From contig CAYUQB010000002.1 of assembly GCA_964446735.1 (NCBI GenBank), positions 18,516-82,515 on the forward strand: a stretch of 64,000 nucleotides of DNA, given 5' to 3'. This document shows, one piece after another, positions 9,590 to 18,268 of the stretch. A program made the position numbers and the translations under genes. How positions within the stretch are numbered: the first letter of the stretch is position 1; each line of letters begins with the position of its first letter. A model generated the notes under the pieces. That model had not been told where the DNA came from, did no database searches, and saw nothing but the letters and a program-made list of their open reading frames with translations. The DNA comes from an uncultured Candidatus Saccharibacteria bacterium. Lineage in GTDB: Bacteria > Patescibacteriota > Minisyncoccia > Phycocordibacterales > Phycocordibacteraceae.

Positions 9590-10468
9590 ATGAAACGTCT
9601 TGGCACTCTCGTTGACCACCTGGCGCGCCTTCTTGCGAAGCGCCATTTTTCAGGTCGTAAACGCTGGCTTTTGGTCTCAACGTACCTCTCCATTGTCTGG
9701 AAGCGCTTCTGGCGCACGCGTGCCGCGTTCCTTTTTGACTATCGTCATCAAAACGTCGCAGGCTTCCAGATGACATTGGACCGGTTTGAGAGCCTGTATT
9801 GGACGTACATCGAAATCTTCGTAAATGAGTATTACTACTTCAAGCGGGATGAGAAGGACGTACAGCCGCCCCTCATTCTCGATTGTGGTGGCCATATTGG
9901 TCTCTCTGTCATCTACTTCAAGTTCTTATATCCGGATGCGCGCGTTGTTGTATTTGAGCCAAACCCCAAGAGCGCGGAGATGCTTCGAAAGAATATTGAG
10001 AAGAATAATCTGAAGAATGTTGAAGTGATTGAGGGTGCCGCTGGACGCGAGGAAGGGGAATTGGTCATTTATCTCCAGAGCACCGGCTCAACACTGTTTG
10101 AGGACTTTGCGCATCGCCAGGTGGAGTTGGTGGGATATCAGGATTTTGGCGAGGAGGCGCGTACTCCCATTCATCGGCTTTCAACCTTTATCAAGGGGCC
10201 AGTGGCAATGTTGAAGCTCGATGTTGAGGGATCCGAAGGAGATATCATTGCTGACCTCGTCGATTCAGGGAAGCTGGTAGAGGTTCGTCGAATTGCAATG
10301 GAGTACCACCAGTTCTCTCCTGAGCGCAATCGTCTTTCTGAAATTGCCAAGGCTCTTGAGGATGGCAACTACCACTTCATCGCAGCAAATGACGTGCACA
10401 ATCTCGCTGAGATGCCTACACGTGCGTTCAAGACTTTCATGTTCCTCGCGGAACAGGCAGACGCATGA
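9590..10468 (+). CDS. FkbM-family methyltransferase
   Basis: ILDCGGHIGLSVIYF...VVVFEPNPKSAEMLRKNIEKNNLKNVEVIEGAAG matches the FkbM methyltransferase core. Start placed at ATG 9590 just after upstream stop; the ORF as tracked begins at 9530. Confidence 0.65.
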   Translation: MKRLGTLVDHLARLLAKRHFSGRKRWLLVSTYLSIVWKRFWRTRAAFLFDYRHQNVAGFQMTLDRFESLYWTYIEIFVNEYYYFKRDEKDVQPPLILDCGGHIGLSVIYFKFLYPDARVVVFEPNPKSAEMLRKNIEKNNLKNVEVIEGAAGREEGELVIYLQSTGSTLFEDFAHRQVELVGYQDFGEEARTPIHRLSTFIKGPVAMLKLDVEGSEGDIIADLVDSGKLVEVRRIAMEYHQFSPERNRLSEIAKALEDGNYHFIAANDVHNLAEMPTRAFKTFMFLAEQADA

Positions 10469-11232
10469 GCGCCACGCACGCAAACGAAGTTCGTAAACGG
10501 TACGGCGCACAGTACTACGCTTCCGATGCCGTACTTTCGGATGCAGGCCTTGCAGCGGTTGACGAATACCGGAAGCAGTTTAAAGGAGGGCGGACCATAG
10601 ATCATCGTCCCTATTTCCCACGTACAGAACAGCGCTACGCACTCATTGGCGAGCGGTTTCAGAACTATTTCGGTGAGAAGGTACTCGATGTGGGAAGTCG
10701 CAATGACCAACTCGAGAAAGTACTCGGACGACCTTGTTCACTGGTTGATAAGAACAACCCAGAGCTACCTCCGTTTGATTGGGAGAAAGAGCGTCTCCCG
10801 TTTGCAGATGCATCATTTGATACGGTCGTGTGTCTCGATACGCTCGAGCATGTAGATGATATGCATACCTGTTTTAGCGACCTTGTACGTGTCGCAAAGT
10901 CGACGGTCATTATCTCACTCCCCAATCCGTGGCGTCGTTTCGTGAGCGAGTTCGTCCGTGGGCGTGATCGCTTTCCGCAGTACGGCATTCCCTTTGAAAA
11001 ACCGATGGACCGTCACAAGTGGTTCTTCAATACTGAAGAGGCAGAAGACTTTGTCTTTTATCACTCTGCAGCAGATCGCGGGAATTACATTGTGCGTGAA
11101 GTGGTGAATCATGCGCCAAAGACCATCGCACGGCTCAAGCTACAGTACCCACTGTTGCGTACCGTTCTTGCTGAGCACCATTTCAAGAATCTCTTTGTTG
11201 AGACGAACTTCTTTGTTATCGAAAAACGCTAG
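10465..11232 (+). CDS. class I SAM-dependent methyltransferase
   Basis: KVLDVGSRNDQL (motif I) ... FDTVVCLDTLEHVDD (motif II). Start overlaps upstream stop (ATGA). Confidence 0.6.
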   Translation: MSATHANEVRKRYGAQYYASDAVLSDAGLAAVDEYRKQFKGGRTIDHRPYFPRTEQRYALIGERFQNYFGEKVLDVGSRNDQLEKVLGRPCSLVDKNNPELPPFDWEKERLPFADASFDTVVCLDTLEHVDDMHTCFSDLVRVAKSTVIISLPNPWRRFVSEFVRGRDRFPQYGIPFEKPMDRHKWFFNTEEAEDFVFYHSAADRGNYIVREVVNHAPKTIARLKLQYPLLRTVLAEHHFKNLFVETNFFVIEKR

Positions 11233-12125
11233 CGCTTTTTCTCCCACTGTCTTCGTACCGCACGCTTCGCCTGGAGGGGAAGGGAACCGATCCAGGCCTT
11301 TGTCTTCTCGTCATTGAACCAGTACGCCTGATTCTCGCGGTAGCTCGCTGCGCCGTATACGAGCGTCGACATGAGGCGGTGTCCTTCATGCACCACCCCG
11401 CCGTAGTGAAGGCCCGTTGTGTCACAGAAGATCACGGATCCTGCTGGACCAGTCATGGCCGTTCGTTCAGACTCAGGAATGAGTGCCTCGAGCTTTGTGG
11501 GGTCGGGGTACACACCCGCCGGCACCTGCTGCGGGAAGAGGTGGCCGTACTTTTTCCCAACGACTGAATCTTTGATGTACACGAAGGGACCATTGTCAGG
11601 GCCGATGTCATTTAAATAAATGAACACCTTACAAAGACGAGCTTCCTGCGGGTCACGGTGCCAGTTTTGCGAGTGTGTGCGCGTCTCACTCACTTTCGAT
11701 GTTTTCTGGACATAGAAGTCTATGAGCGTTCCGAACATGCCAAGATACGAGTTTGCGATATCAAGTATGCGAGGAGAAAGCGCTGCACGGAGAAATGGAT
11801 TTTGGGAATCGAGTGCGCGAGTCTCGGGCCAGTAGTCGAGGAGGAACGGCTTCTTATGGTTCACGATTGCCTGCGGTTCGCGCATGGCTGCGTATCCTTG
11901 CAGCTTTGCGAGCATGTCTTCACCGGGGAAAAGCTCAGTAAGAGAAGTTTGAGCAATACCGTATTCACGCAAATCGTTAAGGATGTGTTGCTGCACGCTG
12001 TCGAGTGTTGGTGGGTTGTTTGCAAGCATGCGGACCCGTGCGCCGTTAATTAGGCGCCACAATGGGAGCGGATGCTTGAGACGCGCATAAGCCGCAAAGA
12101 GGTGTTTTTTGATTGCTGAAGCCAT
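11229..12125 (-). CDS. phytanoyl-CoA dioxygenase (PhyH)-family Fe(II)/2-oxoglutarate oxygenase
   Basis: NWHRD (HxD iron ligands) followed by distal GGVVHEGHRL. Start ambiguous: Met at 12125 or 12152. Confidence 0.5.
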   Translation of the reverse strand: MASAIKKHLFAAYARLKHPLPLWRLINGARVRMLANNPPTLDSVQQHILNDLREYGIAQTSLTELFPGEDMLAKLQGYAAMREPQAIVNHKKPFLLDYWPETRALDSQNPFLRAALSPRILDIANSYLGMFGTLIDFYVQKTSKVSETRTHSQNWHRDPQEARLCKVFIYLNDIGPDNGPFVYIKDSVVGKKYGHLFPQQVPAGVYPDPTKLEALIPESERTAMTGPAGSVIFCDTTGLHYGGVVHEGHRLMSTLVYGAASYRENQAYWFNDEKTKAWIGSLPLQAKRAVRRQWEKKR

Positions 12126-12150
12126 ATGGCCTAGATGGTAGCATGAGGCC

Positions 12151-13527
12151 ATGGAAGGGCAGAGAAAGATACTATTGGTTATCTCCAAAGACGTCATCCG
12201 ACGCAACATATTAGATACGGACTTTTGGCCTTTACTGGTACAAGCAAATCCTGCTGTGCATATCATTCTAGTGGTCGAAGCAGGAAAGGGTGATATATAC
12301 CAGAAACGTTTCGCTGGGCCAAATATCACCGTGGAGGAATATGAACGAACGAACTACACGGGTCGTCTTGCTCGTCTCATGTTTTTTGCGCGTAGCGGCA
12401 TTCGTTCGAAGAGCACTACTTTTCACCGGTGGTATGCACATGCAAAAGGGCGCGCGACCCTTTCCTCCACTCTCGTAAAGAGTACGCTTTCACTAACGCT
12501 CGGTATGGCGAACCCGCTCAAGCGGCTCGTACGCAAGCGGCTTCTTGCAACACAAATGCCCGAGGCCATCGAACGCATCTTCGACGCCCATAGTCCCGAT
12601 ATCGTCTTCGCTCCTTCGCTTGTTGATAACGATTTTGATGTGTTATTTGGTATCGAAGCCAAACGACGTGGCATACGTCTTATCGGTATGGTGCGTAGCT
12701 GGGACAACCTGAATCATCATGGGCTTCTCGCCGTAATACCAGATCGGTTCCTCTTCCAGAACCGGTGGCTCGTTGAAGCAGCCAAACGCTTCCAGGCGAT
12801 TGCTACCAGAGAGATCAAAAAGGATATTGTTGGTGTCGCGCACTACGATCTGTATTGCCATCCAGAATCACATCTAAAAGATCGAGCCGCATTCTTTGAA
12901 GAAATGGGTCTTGATCCAGAGAAGAAACTACTTCTGGTCGGCGGTGCAGAGTATTACTACAGCGAAGACGAGCTTCCTTGTCGGCTTGAAGAGCTTATCG
13001 AGTCGGGGGCGATTCGCGGACGTGTGCAGGTCCTCTTTCGTCCTCATCCGAGTTCTATGTATGAAATCGAGGATTTTAAACTCGAGGGTCTCAAGCATGT
13101 GGTACTCGATGCTGGATCTCGTGTGGGGAAGACCCGTTCATTCTCAGATACCGATGCGTTCATAAATCTCCTTCACTATGCCGATGTCGTCATAAACATC
13201 TGCTCGACCCTTTCTATCGACGCCAGCACCTTCGATACACCTGCCATCGCACTCGATTATGAGGACCCCAAGAAAGGACGGGCACCGTATTGGGAGCATA
13301 TCCATCGTCTGAACGACTTCGATCATCAGGCACACCTGATTCAAACAGGTGGCGTACGAACTCCACGTTCACCTCAGGAACTTGCTGAAAACATTAATGC
13401 GTATCTAGAAAATCCTACGCTCGATAAAGAGGGAAGAAAGCGAATTATAGAAGAATTCGTAGCACCATTTGATGGACGTACTGGAGCCCGCATTGCTTCT
13501 GTTCTTACTGAAGAGATACAAAAATAA
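12151..13527 (+). CDS. GT-B-like transferase with conserved R-P-H-P motif (TagF/KpsS/bacterial sialyltransferase-like); candidate nonulosonate or glycerol-phosphate transferase
   Basis: 458 aa. VQVLFRPHPSS motif: the HP motif is shared by TagF, KpsC/S, GT30 and GT38/52/80. Two Rossmann-like halves. Confidence 0.4.
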   Translation: MEGQRKILLVISKDVIRRNILDTDFWPLLVQANPAVHIILVVEAGKGDIYQKRFAGPNITVEEYERTNYTGRLARLMFFARSGIRSKSTTFHRWYAHAKGRATLSSTLVKSTLSLTLGMANPLKRLVRKRLLATQMPEAIERIFDAHSPDIVFAPSLVDNDFDVLFGIEAKRRGIRLIGMVRSWDNLNHHGLLAVIPDRFLFQNRWLVEAAKRFQAIATREIKKDIVGVAHYDLYCHPESHLKDRAAFFEEMGLDPEKKLLLVGGAEYYYSEDELPCRLEELIESGAIRGRVQVLFRPHPSSMYEIEDFKLEGLKHVVLDAGSRVGKTRSFSDTDAFINLLHYADVVINICSTLSIDASTFDTPAIALDYEDPKKGRAPYWEHIHRLNDFDHQAHLIQTGGVRTPRSPQELAENINAYLENPTLDKEGRKRIIEEFVAPFDGRTGARIASVLTEEIQK

Positions 13528-13577
13528 CGGCGCCGGTCTCCCGACGCCGCCAAAGGCAACTGGCACTTGAACTATGG

Positions 13578-14630
13578 TTACTTGGCTCGGATACGTCCGA
13601 GCTCGATGACTTTTTTCGCCACAAGGTCTGGCGCGAATGGGTAAGGGTCTTCGAAGACCGAACGACGTTGCTGTCGCATGCCCTCGAACTCATCGCGACC
13701 TAAGAAGGTGCTGCCGAGTGCACGAGGCTCGGTCACTTCGACTGCGAGGCCGGATGTGACGAGCATGTGATGCTCGGCACCCGTCTCCTCGAGAAGCACC
13801 TGGCCGATGTCTGGCGACCATGCCAGCAGGGGGACCCGGTCGCTGTGGCAGGCGACCTTAATGGCCGTGCCGCCCACAGCGAGCGTAGCGTCAGCGAGCG
13901 CGGCCAGATGATCGCTCGAGATACCCGGCAGGTGTGTGACCTTGTCCGGATACTTGCTCTCGAAAGAGGCGATCGCCTCCTCGCACTCAGCCTTGAACGC
14001 CGGTGCAGCCCCAGGGTGAAACCGAGGGATCAGCACCGTGTCAGGACTCAACCGGGCGATCTCGAGAGAAAGTTCGAGCACCGTTCTCGTGCGCGGGTTT
14101 TTATTGCCCGCTACCTGCATGATACGCCGACCCGAACTTCGGATGCTCTCGACAGCCTCCACCGCTTCTGATGATGGCTTGATGCCGACCGCATCGTCTC
14201 CCATGATGTACGCGCGCGCCGGCCGAGCCTTCTGTAGAAGTTCATGCGAGAGTGCATCGATGGTGAGGTAGAGATTTGGAAGCATGCCGGGCGATCGCCG
14301 GTTGAAGGAACCCCAGTCGTCGTCGATGAAGACGAGCGGGATACCCTCCCGCAGCGCGATTTCGCTGAGGCACAGTTCCAAGATGTTATTACCCGTACCT
14401 GGACTGCTGAGGCCAGCGACGATTACGTCAGGACGACGATCGCTGAACTGGTACGGCAGGTCGAAGGGAGTGGTTGTCTGCTGGGGTTTGAAGCCCGCAT
14501 CCTCCCAACGCTTTCGCGATGGTCCTTCGGCAGCAACCGAAATGGTCGCACCGAGGTTTTGCGCCGCGTGTGCAATCTGCACACCCAACACTGCCGGCTT
14601 CACATCGCCGGTGACGAACAGAATGTGCAC
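13578..14630 (-). CDS. GT-B-like transferase with R-F-H-P motif (paralogous class to 12151..13527)
   Basis: 350 aa. VLIPRFHPGAAP motif. Family assignment from motif only. Confidence 0.35.
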   Translation of the reverse strand: MHILFVTGDVKPAVLGVQIAHAAQNLGATISVAAEGPSRKRWEDAGFKPQQTTTPFDLPYQFSDRRPDVIVAGLSSPGTGNNILELCLSEIALREGIPLVFIDDDWGSFNRRSPGMLPNLYLTIDALSHELLQKARPARAYIMGDDAVGIKPSSEAVEAVESIRSSGRRIMQVAGNKNPRTRTVLELSLEIARLSPDTVLIPRFHPGAAPAFKAECEEAIASFESKYPDKVTHLPGISSDHLAALADATLAVGGTAIKVACHSDRVPLLAWSPDIGQVLLEETGAEHHMLVTSGLAVEVTEPRALGSTFLGRDEFEGMRQQRRSVFEDPYPFAPDLVAKKVIELGRIRAK

Positions 14631-15034
14631 GTGGCACCTCCTTCTTTCTGGCTGCTACGTTGGTCAAAATATACGCACTAATATTGCTTTTGTCAAGAAT
14701 GTATGTCATAATGAGGGCAGCCGCATTTTGCGGAAAAGGATACCCACATGACTAGAACGATTAACGTCCTCTCCCAACAGCTTCCCGTTTGGTATTTTGT
14801 CACCGGTGTATTCATAGCTCCTCGCGAAAAGCTGATCGAGTGGGTCCATAACATTGGAGCAAATCCATACAAATATCGTCTCCAAAAGATCAATTGTGTC
14901 GATATTGATAATGAACATCGACTTCGATGTTGCTCGCGAGTGGGGCGACCGTGTTTGCAAATGTCTCACCGAAGGCTGGTCGAAACGTTGAGTTTTGTAT
15001 TTCTATTGTATAAATATTTTGGCCAGACGGCCTG

Positions 15035-15733
15035 ATGGAATACACCATGGAGATCTTTGAAGACATTAAAGCCGTCTCGTTCGACTTCGACGGCGTGATG
15101 ACGCTCGACTCTGATGCGATTCATAAGAAGAATGCGTGGGGGATTGCACTTGCGGACTATCCCGGTCACGAAGAGCACGTGCGAGTTGGCAATACGCTCT
15201 ACGGCAACGGCAAGCCCGGTGGCCGTGTTGAGATCCTCCGCTACGTGCTTGAGCAGCACGGGGTGGCTGCTGACCGGATCGAGAAGGAGGTGCGGAACGC
15301 GTCCGCCGTGTTCGACGAACATGTGCAGACAAAGATCCTCGAGGATGGGCTTGTGCCCGGGGCGTATGAGATGCTCGAGACACTGCATGCCCGTGGTATC
15401 GCGCTCTACCTCAACTCAGGGACCGCGACCGCTCCCCTCCGTACTTCAGCTCGCAATCTCGGCATTGATCGATTCCTCAAGGAGTCCCTCGGGAGCACCA
15501 AGGATCCGGTAGGCGGTGGTAAAGTCGAAAATTTGACCTACATCGCTGTATCCGAAAATCTTTCGCCGAACAACATCCTCATGGTAGGGGACGGCGCTTC
15601 AGACCTGCGAGGGGCGGAACAGTTCGGCTGCCCCTTTCTTGGGGTCGCTAATCGCTGGAACGAATGGGACAAAGTCGAACAGCTTTTCCCATTCGTCACC
15701 GACCTGCGAGAGATCCCAATGCTCATTGCATAA
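15035..15733 (+). CDS. HAD-superfamily phosphatase (subfamily IA-like)
   Basis: VSFDFDGVMT (DxDGV motif I) and MVGDGASD (motif IV). Lies directly upstream of the NeuB-like synthase, so a candidate nonulosonate-9-phosphate phosphatase. Confidence 0.6.
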   Translation: MEYTMEIFEDIKAVSFDFDGVMTLDSDAIHKKNAWGIALADYPGHEEHVRVGNTLYGNGKPGGRVEILRYVLEQHGVAADRIEKEVRNASAVFDEHVQTKILEDGLVPGAYEMLETLHARGIALYLNSGTATAPLRTSARNLGIDRFLKESLGSTKDPVGGGKVENLTYIAVSENLSPNNILMVGDGASDLRGAEQFGCPFLGVANRWNEWDKVEQLFPFVTDLREIPMLIA

Positions 15734-15835
15734 GTTCGTTCGCCGGCCCGTGGGAAACCCACAGGCCACGTTCGTTCCTGAAACCCGAATACCTTGAAAA
15801 GGGTTCTAGTGAGCGTACACTGACTCTACTTTTCT

Positions 15836-16924
15836 ATGTCTATATCCACCACACTTCGCCGTTTCTTCGACCTTCTCCCGAGCCGAGTTAAAGTACAGAA
15901 CTTCTATGTCGGGGAAGGCGAGCCCGTTTTCGTCATCGCTGAGATTGGGAATAACCATAACGGTGACTTTGAGCTTGCAAAGAAGTCCATTCTCGCCGCA
16001 AAGGAATCCGGAGCCGATGCAGTGAAATTTCAGAAACGCGACATTCAGAAGCTCCTCTCAAAAGAGATGCGCGAGATGCCGTACGAGAACGAGCGTTCAT
16101 TCGGGAAGACATACGGCGAACACCGCGAGAAGCAGGAGCTTTCCAAGGAGCAGTTCGAAGAGCTCAAGCAATATTCCGAAGAGCTCGGCATGGTCTTCTT
16201 TGCGACGCCATTCGATACTGCGAGCGCAGACGCGCTTGAAGAGATCGGTGTGCATGCATACAAAATCGCATCGTTTGATGTAACGAACCTCCCGCTGCTT
16301 GAGTACGTCGCGAAGAAAGGGAAGCCCATTCTTATTTCAACCGGCGCGTCGACCCTTGAAGAGATTGATCGTGCAATCGAGACCATTCTCGCGCACAACA
16401 ACCGCCTCATCGTTAATCACTGCACTTCGTTGTATCCAACTCCAGACGAGGCAATCGACCTCAACATGGTGCGTGTTCTTAAGGAACGGTATCGTCCGCT
16501 TCCTGTCGGCTATTCCGGCCATGAGCTCGACATTCTTCCCACACTCGCATCCATCGCACTTGGCGCCAGCACAGTTGAACGTCATTTCACGGTTGATAAG
16601 AAACTGCACGGATCTGATCACCACATGTCCATTGAACCTGCTGAGTTTAAGGAGATGGTTGAAGGCATCAAGCGTATGACCAAGATTATGGGTGCTTCGG
16701 AAAAGCGTATCCACGACGCCGAGCTTCCTATCCGTGCAAAGCATGCAAAGAGCATCGTTTCTGCGGTAGATATTGAGGAGGGGGCCCTCATCACCAAAGA
16801 AGCCATTGCCTTTAAAAGTCCGGGCACTGGCATCAATCCCTCACATATAGAAATGGTTGTCGGGAAGCGCGCAAAGGTCGCTATTCCTGCTGATACTGTT
16901 ATTCAGGAATCCTTCCTCGGCTAG
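15836..16924 (+). CDS. neuB: N-acetylneuraminate (nonulosonic acid) synthase family protein
   Basis: FVIAEIGNNHNGDFELAKKSILAAKESGADAVKFQ and HCTSLYPTP...GYSGHE match the NeuB/PseI/LegI TIM-barrel. C-terminal SAF-like domain. Confidence 0.8.
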   Translation: MSISTTLRRFFDLLPSRVKVQNFYVGEGEPVFVIAEIGNNHNGDFELAKKSILAAKESGADAVKFQKRDIQKLLSKEMREMPYENERSFGKTYGEHREKQELSKEQFEELKQYSEELGMVFFATPFDTASADALEEIGVHAYKIASFDVTNLPLLEYVAKKGKPILISTGASTLEEIDRAIETILAHNNRLIVNHCTSLYPTPDEAIDLNMVRVLKERYRPLPVGYSGHELDILPTLASIALGASTVERHFTVDKKLHGSDHHMSIEPAEFKEMVEGIKRMTKIMGASEKRIHDAELPIRAKHAKSIVSAVDIEEGALITKEAIAFKSPGTGINPSHIEMVVGKRAKVAIPADTVIQESFLG

Positions 16925-18195
16925 CTCGCGCGTCGCGCAAATACGACCCACTGACCAAGTTGTATCGAAAGTCGTGCAAGCGACAGCACGATCCGACTAC
17001 CGACCGCACCCCATACGCCATAGAGCGGGATGGTAATAAGAAGTGAGCCAATATAAACCAACTGTGGGACGGGTCGTAGGTAAAGCCAGGAGACAGGAAG
17101 CGCATTCAGTTTTGATTCAACTACCGAGCTAAGGAAAGTAAGCGGGAGTTGCAGTACCAGGGTGACTGCAAGCATCTGTGAGAATGAAATCGACGCAAGA
17201 TACTTCGGGAAGAGAAGCGTGTAGACATAGGGTGCGATGAACGCATACAAGAGCGCAACGACGCCGCCAACCAAGAAGAGTTGCACGATGCGCATTCGGA
17301 AGATGCTTACGATTTGCCGCACGTTACGGTTTGCGAGTCGAGGCGTCGCAATGGCAGGTACGTTGTTGTACAGTCCAAGGATCTGATCAATAGGAGCACG
17401 GGCAAATGCATACTCAGCCACCTTCACTGGACCCAAGTAGTGGAAGAGAAGAAGTGAATCGAGGTAGGAACCTACCGTACCCACGATGTCCGTAAGACTC
17501 AGGTGCTTTCCGTACCGAAGCGTTTGCGATTCTGTATCCTCATTCGGAGGCATGCTTTTGAGTACACGCCGCAGGAAGATGAGATTAATGATAGTGAGTG
17601 AGGCATAGTACGCGACAAGAATAGGAATGAGTATCGGGAAAAAGAATGCAACGCCAACCAGGATCGGCACATAGAAAAGTCGCTGGCCGATCGAATAAGC
17701 AACCGAAGTCTTAAAGAGGCGCTTGGCTTGCAGATAGATTTGGTAAATACCCAGTGGTTGCGAAAAGGGAATGAATGGCGCAACCGCGAGAAATGCAAAC
17801 CCAAGCTGTTCGTTACCATTAATGAAGTAGTACGCGGAGAGTGCGAAGCCGGCGACCATGCCAGCGAGTCCCCATCGTATGCGCGTGTAGAGGCCTTCCT
17901 TTAATGATCCTTCGATGCCGCGCGCGATTGCTTGCGAGAGAGCTGTATTAATTCCTCCCAAGGTGGGAATCGCGAGGATGCCGACTGCCGATAGTACGAA
18001 TTTGTAGGTGCCGTAGGTTTCGGGAGCGAGCAGGTTCGCAAATGCGATCGCGAGTAGGAATGATGCGAACGATGCTGCAACCTGGCCAACCGCGAGCCAA
18101 AAGCCGCTTGTGGTGAAGTACACCATGTCGGTTTTGGTATAGCGTTCGGTGGCGCGCAGCAGTGAAAACAGAGCGGTTTTGAAGCGTAAAAGCAT
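16921..18195 (-). CDS. polysaccharide/oligosaccharide flippase (Wzx-like polysaccharide biosynthesis protein)
   Basis: 424 aa, highly hydrophobic multi-TM minus-strand ORF with the Wzx/RfbX-type pattern. Convergent 4-bp overlap with neuB stop. Confidence 0.6.
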   Translation of the reverse strand: MLLRFKTALFSLLRATERYTKTDMVYFTTSGFWLAVGQVAASFASFLLAIAFANLLAPETYGTYKFVLSAVGILAIPTLGGINTALSQAIARGIEGSLKEGLYTRIRWGLAGMVAGFALSAYYFINGNEQLGFAFLAVAPFIPFSQPLGIYQIYLQAKRLFKTSVAYSIGQRLFYVPILVGVAFFFPILIPILVAYYASLTIINLIFLRRVLKSMPPNEDTESQTLRYGKHLSLTDIVGTVGSYLDSLLLFHYLGPVKVAEYAFARAPIDQILGLYNNVPAIATPRLANRNVRQIVSIFRMRIVQLFLVGGVVALLYAFIAPYVYTLLFPKYLASISFSQMLAVTLVLQLPLTFLSSVVESKLNALPVSWLYLRPVPQLVYIGSLLITIPLYGVWGAVGSRIVLSLARLSIQLGQWVVFARRAS

Positions 18196-18268
18196 TGAAA
18201 TATAAGGCGGCGTGGTGCCGCCATGATAGCACTTAGAACCGGAAGCGACGTGCTATAGTTGCGGTACT

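Noticed and set aside
11229-12329. Full 366-aa extent of the minus-strand dioxygenase ORF
   Set aside because: The N-terminal 60-70 aa would overlap the + strand gene starting at 12151 and lacks motifs, so the start was moved to Met at 12125 (or 12152).
14748-15035. 95-aa + strand ORF and 87-aa - strand ORF inside the 14.6-15.0 kb intergenic gap
   Set aside because: Low-complexity, no motifs, low GC typical of promoter DNA. Treated as non-coding.
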